The notes under the pieces are model-generated. The model had not been told where the DNA came from, did no database searches, and saw only the letters and a program-made list of their open reading frames with translations. A DNA stretch of 59,933 nucleotides, filler included, from Jimgerdemannia flammicorona (lineage: Eukaryota): assembly GCA_003990765.1 (NCBI GenBank). It is 3 parts of 3 records of this genome, joined end to end, with 100 filler letters (N's around TTAATTAATTAA, not from the genome) between each part and the next. Parts side by side here need not be neighbours in the genome. Positions count along the whole stretch, not along the records: positions 20,013 to 39,923 come from RBNJ01001808.1; 2 more parts are not named here. One strand, given 5' to 3'. This document shows positions 22,731-36,120 of this stretch, in pieces; position 1 is the first letter of the stretch, and each line of letters opens with the position of its first letter. The translations under genes were made by a program, and so were the position numbers.

Positions 22731-25333
22731 GGATATAAGTTAGCTAATTATAAGATAGCTAAGTTATGAGTCATTATTGCAGAAATATAAAGTTTGTAAA
22801 TATGAAGTTTGTAAACCAAGAACTGTTGATAGTGAGTAGTCCTTGTCAGATAAGATCTTGGTGATTTTGTTCTATAGTTTCATCTTAAAGTCTATAGCTA
22901 ATTTTATATTTATACTAAAGGATAGATAGTTGGAAGTATTCTTAAGTTGTTGCATCATAACTTGATGATAGTTGATAAAGTATCTCTGATCTTCAGTGTA
23001 AAAGTTCAAGAGCTCAGAAGTATCTGGACAGAAGCAGGTCTTTTGTAGCAGTTTGTATAACAAATAGAGTATATTATATAAAGTATTATGAGATTACTGC
23101 TTAGTGATCCTAGGTGTTTAAATAATGTGATCAATATATAATAGTTTGTTATATAACAACAAGCTACTGGAAATTACAATAGAATTTCTAATAGAGTAGC
23201 TATAGATTATATATATATATATATATATAACTATATATAAATATATCTAGCATACTATATTTATCTATAGTCCCAAATCTATATATATAAATATTCTATA
23301 TACTGAGTATATTATAACCTTAGCTCTGCTTTCCCCTCTTAAGAATAAAGAAGTATTCTTATCAAGAACCCTCAGACCTAACTTGTTAATGATTCTAAGT
23401 CTGATCAACTTAGAATATAAGTATAGTATCTCTTATCCAGTACAAGAACCTGAAAGCAATACTTGGACTATATCTCTATAATAGATGGAAGAAACTTAGC
23501 ACTTCTTTACAGAACTCAGAACTTAGGATTAATAGTTATCTCTGATTATCTATAACATATTAATTTTATTAGTATATAGTTTTATTATAATTTGATAGCA
23601 GTAGAAGTTACTCTCACCTATGAGTAATCTCCTCTCAAGAAGTTTACTACAAATATAGACAATCTTATAGAGAATTAAGTCAATATTATCAACATTGTCA
23701 GTAATAATCAAAGAATAGCTTTACTCTAGCTATTTTCTAGAATTAAACTAAAAAAACTAATAGAATTATTACCAAGTAGATCAAAACTCATACCAACTAA
23801 GAAAAATTCAATAAACTCAACAATAAAACTATCTAAAAAAATTTGATATATTTATTATACTTAACAAAGAAGTTATCTATACTTAAAGTATTAGAGAGAA
23901 ATTTAAAAGATTAGTCAGCAGTCACTTTTATAAGAATTATATAAGAGAATCTATGAAAGCTATAAGTAAATTTTCTCTCTAATAAAGCTAAGACTTTTTT
24001 AAATTATAAAGAATATTATACTAACTAAAGAAAATCTCACCTCTATTACTAAGTCCTCTATACATAAGTAAAGATAATTTAATAATAAGAATTATAAACT
24101 ATCAGACTTAGTAAAGTCTTTATTATATTATTCTGATCTAGAAAAATAGTTAAAGAAATATCTGAGTCTAATATTAGTGGTCTTAGTACAGTTATAAACT
24201 CATTACTAAGAATATTAAGTCTATTAAGAATTACTATAGAAGATCTAGTAATAACTCTATCAAAACTACTAATCTATAAACTAGTTATCAAAATTATCTA
24301 TATTAGTAATATTATAGAAGAAACAACTATAAATCATACTATTTCTAAGATAATAGCATCTGAACAAACTACTACTACTAATTATATAGATAATAAGAGT
24401 AGTAGAATAATATCAGCAGATAAAAAAATAATAGCTCTGGCTGACTAAGTAGTCATACTTACTCAAGCTTTTCACTTTAACATTAAGACAAATAAGCCTA
24501 TAAAAGATCTTTAACTTATACTATTTAAAGATAAAGCAGACTAAGTAATAATATTTATTAGGTAAATGAATACTAATTATTATACTAATACATAAATAGA
24601 ACAACAATTAGAATCCAGACAGTACTCTTATTAATAATGAGTACTATAAGATTGAAGATCTCTATACAACTGTAGGCTTATAAGTAGAAGAGTCACTACC
24701 CATTTTATAGGCATAGCTGCTCAGTAGTAGTACAATCTTCCAGTATATTCTCTTATCTAGAAAACTTATGCAGAAATTGATATAAATGAGAGAGATAATA
24801 ATTGCCCTAACTATAAAGCCTATCCTACTACTGTAGATCTAAAAGAGCTGATCATTCAGTAGTTCTATAGCTCTGCTCATATTGTCAAAGCCAGAATTAA
24901 GATTAAGAACTTCTAATTCTATAATAATAGAAAAGAATATCTGGAGATATTTGCAATAAGATTAGAAACTCTTGAATATTATAGAAGTAGAATATAGTTA
25001 ATAAGAAATAGAACCAGAGTATTATACTTCTTCAATACTATCTTTAAATTATTATTAGAAAATATCTGTAAATAAGAATAATCCTACAACTATCTATATG
25101 AGTAATAGTATCTAAGATAAGCTGTTACTAGAGTATATATCATTCTAGTAGTCTAAAGACTAAGAGATAACTGAAATAAAAAAGGAGATAAGTAATGATA
25201 ATTCAGGAAGAGATATGAACTCTAGAGTGACTCTCAGAAATTATAAGTAAAATACAAGAGACTATCTGATAAGAAAGTTGAAGAACTCAAGAGAAAAGAA
25301 GTATATTTTTACTATAAGAAGACTAGATATATG

Positions 25334-25499
25334 TATTAAAATATTAAAATATCTTAGTTATAGCAAATCAATATATAGTGGTGCAGTCTGACTATATTAT
25401 CATATAAATATTATTAATATACATAAAAGTACATAAGTTAGTATCAATAAATAATACTTCCTCCTTTCTCCTCTTCACTTTTTCAAGTATTTTATAATA
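25334..25499 (+). repeat. Copia 5' LTR
   Basis: Ungapped match to 30173-30338; termini TATT..AATA correspond to TGTT..AACA after transitions. Confidence 0.9.
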
Positions 25500-28400
25500 A
25501 AGATTTAAGTCTCACTAGTAAAGTAGATAACAAATACACCTCTAATACATATACTATACTATGCTATAATATGTCAGTTAATACTAGCAGTACAAGCAGC
25601 ATATAAAGTTCAAGTAGTATAAGCAGAACAGGACTCAGAACAGGTACTAGTAGTATAAGTATCTCTAATATATGTACATAACAATCTTAACTATAACTAT
25701 TTCTACAGTAGTATCAATAATGATAAAGAGGATAATTCCTATCTTTTATAGTAAAGATTATATCATATAGACATACTATATGAAGAACTTCTTGAAAGAA
25801 TATAGTTTAGAGGACTACTGGAAGCTACAAGTATAAGTAATAATATATAAAGTTGTAAAGAATTACAGAGTACTAAGGGAGATTATATTTATCCTTTCAA
25901 ATATATAAATAAAACTTATCATTAATGCTATAACAGCAAATAAAGCTTGGGAGATCTTATATAATTACTATCAACAGGCATTTATGTCAAACAGATTCTA
26001 CCTAAAAGTATAACTATTTAATCTTCAAATGAAGTCTAAGAAGAGTATTCAAGATTATATTAACTATGTCAATAATCTGATAAATCAAGTAAATTCTCTT
26101 TCTATACTAGTGGACCTTATTAAGAATAAAGATAAGATTCTGATCCTTATATGTAACTTTTCTAAGACATATAATATGATTATCACTACTATGAGAGAAT
26201 CTGAAAAACTATTGGACTATAAGTATATTATTATAAGCCTTTTAAATAAGAAATCAAGACTGGATGGCAATAACAATAATGATAGTGATGAAAAAGTCTT
26301 CTATAGAATACATGGATGGGATAAAGGCAAACTGAGTAAAGAATGAGACTAAGGTCAGCAATATAAGAAATTTGACAGTAAATACTTCTACTATAATAAG
26401 TATGAACACTATGAGCAAGACTATAACTATAAGAAAAAGAAAAAGAGTGATCAAGATAAGCAATATAAGTAATGATAGAAAATATCATAAATACTAATAA
26501 TAATAATAAAAGTAGTAGAAGTAGTAGAGATCTGTTTTTCACAGAAGTAGTGATCTATTTATATATAAAAAGAGTTATAGAAATGAAAAATATTAACATA
26601 AGCATTAGTGTAAATATAAGTTATATATATATTGAGTAATTATATATATAGTGAAGAAGTCTGACTTATAGATTCTAGTATAATATAGTATATAATAGCT
26701 CATCATGAGTAGTTCTCTATATACAAGAAGTTTGAGCATTCTGTACCTATCAAACTAGGTAACAATAATGACATTTATACTCAAGACAAGAGAAATATCA
26801 ATATATGTCTATATAGAAAAGTTGACAAACTCTCAGGTACCTTCATAGATATACTATATACTCTAGATATTAGTAAGAACTTCTTCTCAATAGGCTAGAT
26901 AATAGCTTGAGGAGATAAAAGAGTAAATATATGATTAAATAGTATAATAGTAATCAATTTAAAGAATAATAAGAAGTTAATATATGTATTAAAAAAGAAG
27001 ACCCTATTACAATTGATAGTATGCTAAGTAATATATTATCTGTATATTCTACTATAACCAAAGAAGATCTCTGATATACATATGTATATAGTATAAATAC
27101 TTAAGATATATCAGTAATATGAACTTGAAATAGATGATAAGGAGTAAATCTATATATAGATTACTAAACTATATGCTACCAGACTTTAGCTTTTATAATA
27201 GATATATAACAAATAAGACTTCTTAGTGATCTTTTCAGAAATAGATAAAGCAAGTAGCCAACATTCTCAACATAATACATATGGATATCTACAGCTCTAT
27301 GTAAATAGTAATACACTTTAGAAAGAAGTATTTTATTACTTTCATTGATGATTATACTTATAAAGTCTATATACTTCCTTATAGTAAAGAATAAGATATT
27401 TGAAAAATTCTGAGAATTTAAGATAACTGTAGAGAATGAAACAGAATATAAGATATAGACTCTATATTCAGATAATAGTAAGAAATATATCAATAAAGCC
27501 TTCAGATACTTCATGAAGAAGTATAGTATCTAATACTCTATGATAGCTCTCTATATATCTGAGCAGAAGAGTATGGTAGAGTGCTTCAATCAAATAGTAG
27601 TAGAGATAGCTTGAATAATAATAAATATAGCTAGCTTACTATACTCCTTCTGGGCTAAAGTAGTAAATATAGTAGTATATATCCAAAATCATTGCATTTC
27701 TTAAACTCTAAGCAAAGACTCTAGCAGATCTAGCAGATCTGATAATAATCAATAATCTAGGAATAACAGTGATCTTATCTCTGAAGAATTATTAAGTAGA
27801 TCTAAGTCAGATATTTCACACCTATAGATATTCAGAAGCAAGGCTTATATCTTGGATAAGGGTAACAATAGAGGCAAATTTGAGTCTAAAGTAGATAAAT
27901 ATATATTTCTTGAATATAATAGAGTAGTATATAGATTGTGGAACTTGTAGAAATATTATATCATCATCTTATATAATATTTAATTCAAAAAAACTAAGCA
28001 GAAAATTTATATAGAAATTTCTATCTCAACTAATCTGATGATATAGCTAGCAACAACCATACTAACTTTAAAGATGAGTAGAATAATATTTATGCTAGTA
28101 TCAGTATAACTCATATCCATGTCAATGAGACTATTAGAGCTGAGAATTATGGAAATTATAGATGAGAATAATGATGAGGATATCTCTCCAAAAGGTAAGA
28201 AAAAAAATACAAATCTAGATTATATAATAAGATAGAAGCAGATTTAGAAAGTTATTGAGATCAGTCTAAGGAATCTTATCACAACAATAAATATTATATA
28301 AACTATACTTGTGAATATGCTTATATTGAAATAACTGAGGTATTGTAAACTATATATCTAGATAATAAGAAAGAATAGAAAAAGGCTATAAATGAGAAAT

Positions 28401-30172
28401 ATAATTTACTCATTGAGAATAATATCTGGAATCTAGTCTCTCTTCTAGTAAATCAACAAGCAATAGGATTCTGATGAATATATAAGATTAAGTATAATAG
28501 TAATAGTAATGTAGAATAGTATAAGGTCTAATTTATAGCAAAGAAATATTTATAAGAATATAACATAGACTATGATGAGACCTTTTTCTCAGTATTTAAG
28601 CTTACTTCACTTAGAATACTTCTTGTAATCAGAGCCAAATATGACTATGAAATCCATCAAAGAGATATTAAAACAGCCTTCTTGAACAGTGATATAGATA
28701 TAGAACTATATATCTATTAATTATAAGGATATAAACTATATAATAATGAGTAAAAGAAGTTTATATATAAGTTATATATATAAAGATCTTTATGATATGT
28801 ATCAAATAAGTAGCAAAGCTATAGAACTAAAAAATCAACAAATATCTCTTGAGTAATAGATTTAAGTATTGTGAGGCTGATATATATATATAACTAATAT
28901 ATATTCTCAGAAATAGTATACCTAGGAATTTGGATTAATGATATTATTCTGATCAGAATGATAAATATAATTAATAATATAAAGATGATACTATACCAAA
29001 GTTCAAGATAATAAATATGGGTAATATGTCCTATCTTCTTGAAATATCAATTATATATAATAGGCATAAGTGTGCTATACACCTATCATAAGTCATATAT
29101 ATTCAGACTATACTTGAATGATTTAGTATAAGTGAATGTAAATCTATTAGAACACTTATAGAAATATCTGTAAGGCTAAAGAAGTCCAATACCATATCTA
29201 AAGACAATAATATCTCCTATCAATAAGCTATGAGATTTTTCATATATCTTATACTTAGGACAAGATCTGATATATCATATATAGTCAATAAAGTAATACA
29301 GTACTTATTCTACTATAACAATTTTCATTAGATGGCAATCAAGTATATCTTCAGATATATCAAAGATATAGTATACTATATACTATGTTTAAGCAATGAT
29401 AATAAATCAAGTAGAAGTGTTATAAGGTTATCTAGTATATGTAATGTAGACTAGGCCAGAGATCTTGATATGTAATTGATATTCTACAATTAGATACCTT
29501 TTTAGAATTAGTAAAAAAGAAGCTATTTCATAGTAAATATATAAGTAATCTTCACCCATACAAGCAGAGTATCAAGTATTATCTATAGCAAAAAAAGAAG
29601 CTATATGGCTCTAGGAATTACTAAAGAAGTTAAGATATAATCAACAGTACTCTATACTACTCTAATAAGATAATTAGTCTATAATTACTATAGCAAAGAA
29701 CTCTATATATCATGCTAAAATGAAGCATATTGATATACAGTATCATTTATATGAGAATGTATAGAAAACAGTACTATATACCTAGAATATATCTCAATGA
29801 AGTATATAACAGTAGATTTATTAACTAAAGCTCTTCTAAAAGTAAAGTTTAACTTATACATATAAGAAATAAAACCTATAATGAGAACTATATATCAATA
29901 ATCAATATTTAAGTATTTTAATAGAGATCACAAGACTTTTTCTAACTTCTAAAAGTCTTCCACCATATCTTATATATATATATTTCTCTAATATTGCTTA
30001 TATTCCTTTATTCTGGATCTATATTATCAGTCTTTCACTACATTCTTGATCTATTTTCATACTTATAAGTAGAGAATTTCAACCTTTTCTAGTCATCTAG
30101 ATAGCATTCAGTTAGTTATGTTTAGTTAGTCTTTTATCTGTATATTCCGGAATATATCTTATTGAGTAGAAG

Positions 30173-30338
30173 TATTGAAATATTGAAATATCTTAGTTAT
30201 AGTAACTTAATATGTAATTATATAGCCTGACTACATTATCATATAATTGTCATTAATATATATAAAAGTATATAAGTTAGTATCAATAAACAATATTCTC
30301 TCCTTTCTTCTCTTTACTCTTCTAAGTATTCTATAATA
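30173..30338 (+). repeat. Copia 3' LTR
   Basis: Ungapped match to 25334-25499; follows the PPT. Confidence 0.9.
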
Positions 30339-30429
30339 ATATATCCTACAACTACTCTGAAAAGAAGACCAATATAAGTAAAGAATCACCTTTATATATA
30401 CTATTACCTTGATAGAAGATGACTACATC

Positions 30430-33400
30430 TTTTTCTAGTAATATTCAGATTATATGAATTTTAGACAACACTTCAAGCAATATTTTCAGTGAAAAGGTAC
30501 TAACAATATAGTGAGCAATGAGCATTCTGGAGAGTGTATAGAGTAGGGCAGCCCTAGTACCTTTGACTGGTAACATATAGAGTAGAGTCAAGGTGCAGGT
30601 TTGGAGATGTCAAGTATCTCTCTGAGGAGATAGAGGGCTGACAATAGTGGAAGAGATGGAATGAGATAGCAGAGGAGTAGACAGCTGACCTTTACTAATA
30701 AGGTCAAAATAGATATATAAGTGATGGGACTAAATGGATGGCTGGGACAGGGGAAGGGGAGAGCAGCTACAGGGAATATGGAGGGAGCTCCTATGGGTGG
30801 TAAGAGTAGTAAAACTAGTAGTATAGAGACTGATGGAGTGACTACTGATGGGAATATAACAGGTAATCTAAAAAAAAATCTAGATGAGACTACTAATAGT
30901 GGACTAAGTTATGAAAAGAGCACAAGACCTAGAGACCTTACTAATGATGTGATAGAGCTGGTGGCAATACTGTTACTCAAGAAGTCAAGATCTAAATTTG
31001 CAGTCATAATGTACTTCTGAGGCCTAGTAGTGATAGTGAAGATAGTACTGAGGCTCTTGGCCAAAGAGGTGAAGGGTGTGGTCTTGGTGAAGTTTTTAAA
31101 AAAGCTCAAGTTAGTGGAGATTGTTTTTGAGGAGAAGAAATTGCTATTGGGGGCTTTAGAGAAGGGGCTAATATTTGTAGTGGTGGTAGTTCTAATAGTA
31201 AGGTATATGTGCTGAGACCCCTAAGTGGTGCAACTGGTGGTGGCTGATTTGTTAACTATCAAGAAGGAGATAGCTAGACAACTGGTTGTCAATGTGATCA
31301 AGAAGTATAGAGATATATATTGTGAATATTGGATTCTGAGTCTGGGAGGGGACAGAGATGTAGATATCAGAGTGAGGCTGGCAGAGAAGAATACTGAAAA
31401 AGGAAGAGACCAGTGGAATATAAGGTATTGAGGGTAGTAGAGATACCAGAGGAGGAGGAGGATTTACTGGAGATGCTAAAGGATATAGTGGGGGTAGTTG
31501 AGAGGAGGCAGAGGGCTTGGAAGGAGTATGAGGCTAGAATGGTGATTGAGGTAGTTAATAACAAGAAGGTGCAGATGGACTGAGCTCTCTGAGAAAAGAC
31601 ACAGAGGAGACAGATTCAGAAGAAGCTGTTGGTAAAGCTAGGAGAGGGGATGGTGAGAGGGTCTGCTACTAGAGATACTGGTCTACATACAAGTGCCTGG
31701 GCAGGAGAGGAAGGGGGGCCCCAGGAATATCCCAGGGAGCAGGAGGAGGTTCAGGAGTGAGTGTGGTTATAGAGGATATGGAAATGATTGAGGAGAAGTA
31801 CCCTCAGTATAGAGTGTCTGGAGAGGCTACAGGTGAAGAGAAACTGCAGAATGTATTGGAGGAGAATTGAAACAAGTCAGCAAGGAGGGGTACTGAGAGA
31901 GGGTGGGTGGAGGGGGCAGAGAGAGTGGCCAAGAGAGTTGAGAAAGCTGTGGATGAAGAAAAGTAGCTGTGGAAGATACTGGAGTATATTGTGGCAGATG
32001 AGCTAGGGAGAGATGACTTTTGGGTACTAAGTGAGAGATACTGGGGAGAAATCCTATAGAGGGAGAAGGTGCTGAGGAAAGTCTGAGATAAAATCATAGT
32101 AATACTGCTAGAGACTGAGGCCTATCAAGTGGATGATGTTAGGGAGGAGCAATTGCAGATAATTACACAATCTATATATAGGGACAGCTGAAGAAAAAGT
32201 AGCAGATAGTGTGTGAGGAGTACTGGTTAGAGATGAAGGCTGTGGATGGGGTGGACTGTCAGGAGATCTTGGTAGCACTAGAGGTACAGCAGGAGGAGGC
32301 AGATGAGATTGATGCAGAAAGAAACTTGGATTTGGTGGGTGAGAGGATGAGTATAGAATTGTAAGAGAGCACTCTTTTTTGAAAAACATTATTAACTATA
32401 AACAGTATAACAAAAATCTTCTTTTTGAATATCAATAGACTGAGAGATATAATGAGATGATGGAATCTCTTTAGCTGGTTAAAAGAGCTAGATGTAGACC
32501 TTTTCTTATTACAGAATGTGGGTTATGAGATAGACTTAAACTTACTGGACTGGACAAGGAAATGGGGCAGAACAGTAGTATGGAAGGGTTGGGTGGGAAT
32601 TCTGATTAGGAAGAGAGTGGGGGACATTGGGGATATTGGACATTAGGGGAGCTAATTGGTGTAGGGGTAGGGAGTATAGAGGAGGCTGAGTTGGAGTCCT
32701 CTGATAGTGGGTTCATGCTATTGTCTAGCAGAAAGGAGAGAGTGAGTAGATTGGGTCTGGAGTCTGCAAGAGGTCAGAGTTCTGGTAGATGTAGAGATCA
32801 ACTGTCTAGGGGGTGACTTTAATATGATATGAGATAGCAGATTAGACAGGACTAATAGAGAGAGGGGTATAGTAGGCAGGAGTGGAGGGTTGGAGGACTG
32901 GGAGGAAATTGAGAGACTGAGTTCTTCAGTAGATGCCAGACAACTTGGGTGGGTGGATAGAAGGGTTTACACTCACTGGGTAGCAGGATTGAGATCCTAG
33001 ATAGACTGGGTATTGATGGCTGAGTGCTGAAGTATAGATGTCTGGAGTAGAATTGAGACAGTTTAGTGCTCTTGGTCTGACTACTGGGGGTTTCTGGGCA
33101 GAGAGAAGTTTGGAGGCAGTGGTAATGGGCCTAGATATTTGCACCTAAATACTATATTTCTGGGGAATAGTACCTTGTGGAGAGAATAGGTAGAAGAGGT
33201 CAGCACTAAGATGGTTGGCTAGAGGGCACAGGGGTTAGAGATTGGGGATCATTGGAGGTAGTTGAAATCTAATACTCAGAAGTATTGGGATGAGGCAGAG
33301 AGAGGGAGGGGGGCTCAGCAGAGGAGGCATATTTAGTAGACCTCATAGAGACTGGTGAATTTACTGAAGAGATGGGCTGGATCATTAGAAGATGGTGGGA

Positions 33401-36120
33401 GAGGAGATTAGAGGATTCAGAGGATCCAGAGAGAAGTGAAAGAACTGAAGAGACTGCTGAGGCAGGAGGAGGAATTGCAGGTGAAAGGGCTGGTAGCTTG
33501 GCTGAGGTGGTAGAGTGTAGAGGAGGAAGAACAGTCTACTAGATTCCTGTCAAGACTGCTACAGGTGAGGAGGATGAGACAATGGTGAGAAGGAGTATTG
33601 GATGAGACAGGGGAGATGATGACTAGGATATCAGGGATTTTGGACCTATTGTGGTCTTACTGGAGGCAGCTATAGAGTGAGAAAGAGAGGGGTGAAGATG
33701 TCCTAGGCATTGAAAGACAGCTGGAGGACTGGTACTTGGCCCCAGCTACAGGCTTGAATAGACTTAGAGGCTGAGTGAGTAGAGAGAAGGTGTATCAGAT
33801 CTTGGTGATGATGAGTATGGAGATGGCTCCTGGAGAGGATGGGCTGCTATGAGATTTTTGAAAGAAGATGGCCAACATTGAGATTGTGTTGGAGGAGATA
33901 GTATAGATATGTGACAAGATCATAAGCTCAAGGTCCTGGATTGAGGGACAGAGCCTGGAGCTTGTGGTACTGTTGTATAAGAACAAGGAGTGAAGAGGGA
34001 ATTGGAAGAACTGGAGGCCAATTATACTACTAGATATGGATCACAAATTGGTGATGAAGATTTTGGTGACTAGGCTGTAAGGGGTGGCTTAGCAGGTACT
34101 AAGAGCTGAGTAAAGGGGATTTGTCAGAGGTCTATTGATACAAGATGGAATAGTATGGGTCTATAGTATTATTGAGAGTACTTGTATAGCTAGATAAATG
34201 GCTGACTTGTCTTTCTGGATCAAGAGAAAACATATGATAGAGTTTAGCATATATGGCTAGAGGAGATATTGATGAGAATGAGAGTCCAATAAGAGTTCAG
34301 AAGATTATTGATTTTTCTACTAGAGGAGAGTTAGGTGACTGTTATAGTGAATGGGTATAGGAGAGAGTCCTTTTCCCTAGGCAGAGGTGTGCTATAAGGA
34401 GATCTACTGTCACCAATTCTCTATGCCCTCTCATTGGAGCCTTTGTTAGATAGAATTAAATACAAAGTTAGAGGTTTGGACATTTTGGGAGTGAACTGAA
34501 AGGTGGGGGTCTTTGTTGATAATATGATAGTTAGGCTGGGCTCTGGAGGATATAGTAGTACTGAGGAGTATGGTGGAATAGTATAAAGAGTATTCAGGTA
34601 CTAGGCTCAATTGGTATAAGTGCAAGACTCTGGTTCTAAGAGGAGGCAATGTGATTGGAATAGTAGTTTCAGCTAGTGAGGCAGTCTATTACTTAGAGAT
34701 TTATTTTTCAATATATGGTTTCCTACTATCTCAGAGATGGTGGGAGCAGTAACTATTAGCTTGGAGGAATGTTCTCATAGGGTGGAGAGGCTAATATATC
34801 TCTCTGGTAGAGAGAGTAATAGTACTGAATGTGTACTGGCTGCTGAAACTATAGTATATTAGGTATCACTTAGACTTTCTGATGTGAGTGGTCAAGAGGC
34901 TGTTGAAAATGACCAGGTCATAGATCTGAGCAGAATAGAGGAGCCAGATCAGCTAGAAGGTGTTGACACTACCAGTAGACAGAGGTGAGCTTGGTCCGGT
35001 AGACTTCACCAAGTGTCTACACTGTCTGAGAGCATAGTGGCTGCAGCAGGCAAGTGAATTGCAGGGTCAAGAGTGGGTACTCCTTATGCAGAGAGTGTGG
35101 GAAGTCCAGTACTCTCCCCAGAACATGACTGGTAATATACTCTCTCTGGTGGCTCTTGAAGGGAGTAAGAAGATATGCTATAAGGAATTCTGGTGGGGAG
35201 TGGTGGATGGTGTCCACTGTATTGATCTCTGGTAGCAGAGTGATGAGAAAGAGAAGAAATAGGGACTGCAGATGTAGAGATGGGATAGAAGGTATGCTGG
35301 TAGGGAATTTTCAGCTAGAAGATAGCATAAAATATCTACAGAAGTATGGCAGGGATTTGTGACCAGAAGTATAGCAGGGGGTGGGAATTGACAAAGAGTA
35401 GAACTAGAATAGAGTCTGGTCTTGGAGCAAGCAGGTGGCAAGATGGCTTCTTCCTAATTCTGAATAGTATGGTAGAGGATTTTGAGATAAAATATTATAC
35501 TGAACTACTAGTCAGGATACTTGGTAGAAGGGGGCATAGTGGAGTATAAGGAGTGTCTAGATATTGGATAGGTGGGAGGCATAGTGCAGATCTCTGAACA
35601 TTGGCTTGAGAAGTGTGAGGTTTTGGAAGATTACTGGTAAGTCATTGAGAACTACCTGGGGTTATAATCTTTAGAGGGTGGGAAGGGAGAGAGGTAGGGT
35701 AATCTTTGGCATAGATTAGTAAGAGAAGTAGAAGATGAGTGGCTGACTTTGGGGTAGGCTCTGGCTATTTGGATTGGGCTTGCCAGACATTAGCTCTATG
35801 TATTTGAGGAGAGTCAGCAATTAGTAGTTGGGGTAAAGATTGTGAGATAAGAGTGGTTATTGATGGAGATCTTGAATAGATGGTAGTAGAGATGGAGATC
35901 TGGAGAGAGAGGCTACAAGAGACTTGTGGAATATACATATGTATTTACAAGAGGAGCAAAGAGAGGGTTGGGGTTGCAGGAGTGGGGAGAGAGGGGAGGA
36001 GGATCCTCTAGAGAGATTGGATAGGAGTGGGAATAGTATATTATATAGAGGATAGATGGGTGTATTAATAAAGAAAGAAGTCCAAGTGACTATAAAAAAA
36101 AATAAAAATAAAAAAAAAAA
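30430..36120 (+). mobile_element. L1/Tx1-like LINE subfamily B, full length with poly(A) tail, degenerate
   Basis: 5' end aligns with 51483. ORF1 remnants; ORF2 start ATA(ATG)AACAGT at 32398; GGDFN, NWRPI and DQEKTYD motifs; poly(A) 36094-36120. Confidence 0.92.

Larger units (their letters stand above)
25334..30338 (+). mobile_element. Full-length degenerate Ty1/copia retrotransposon
   Basis: Two 166-bp LTRs and 5-bp TSD ATATG/ATATA. Order is gag (UBN2-like, 26029-26346), knuckle, PR (*LIDSS), IN (IHMDI, YFITFIDDYT, SDNS), RT (DIKTAFLN, GIWINDI), RH (KHIDIQYHF, DLLTKAL). PPT-like TTGAGTAGAAG. Confidence 0.93.
23152..30429 (+). mobile_element. Heavily mutated LTR retrotransposon (gypsy-like 5' LTR, PBS, gag), host of the copia insertion
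   Basis: Putative LTR TATAAC...ATTATA (TGTAAC...GTTACA after reverting transitions, 23152-23589), then PBS-like TGATAGCAG. A gag CCHC knuckle can be reconstructed across the copia insertion. Confidence 0.6.

Noticed and set aside
23205..23300. (AT)n microsatellite
   Set aside because: Likely a by-product of TpA enrichment inside a decayed LTR.
28921..28950. Copia RT catalytic motif reading WIND rather than YVDD
   Set aside because: Reverts to W(V/I)DD by G>A changes, a variant seen in other copia elements; not evidence of novelty.
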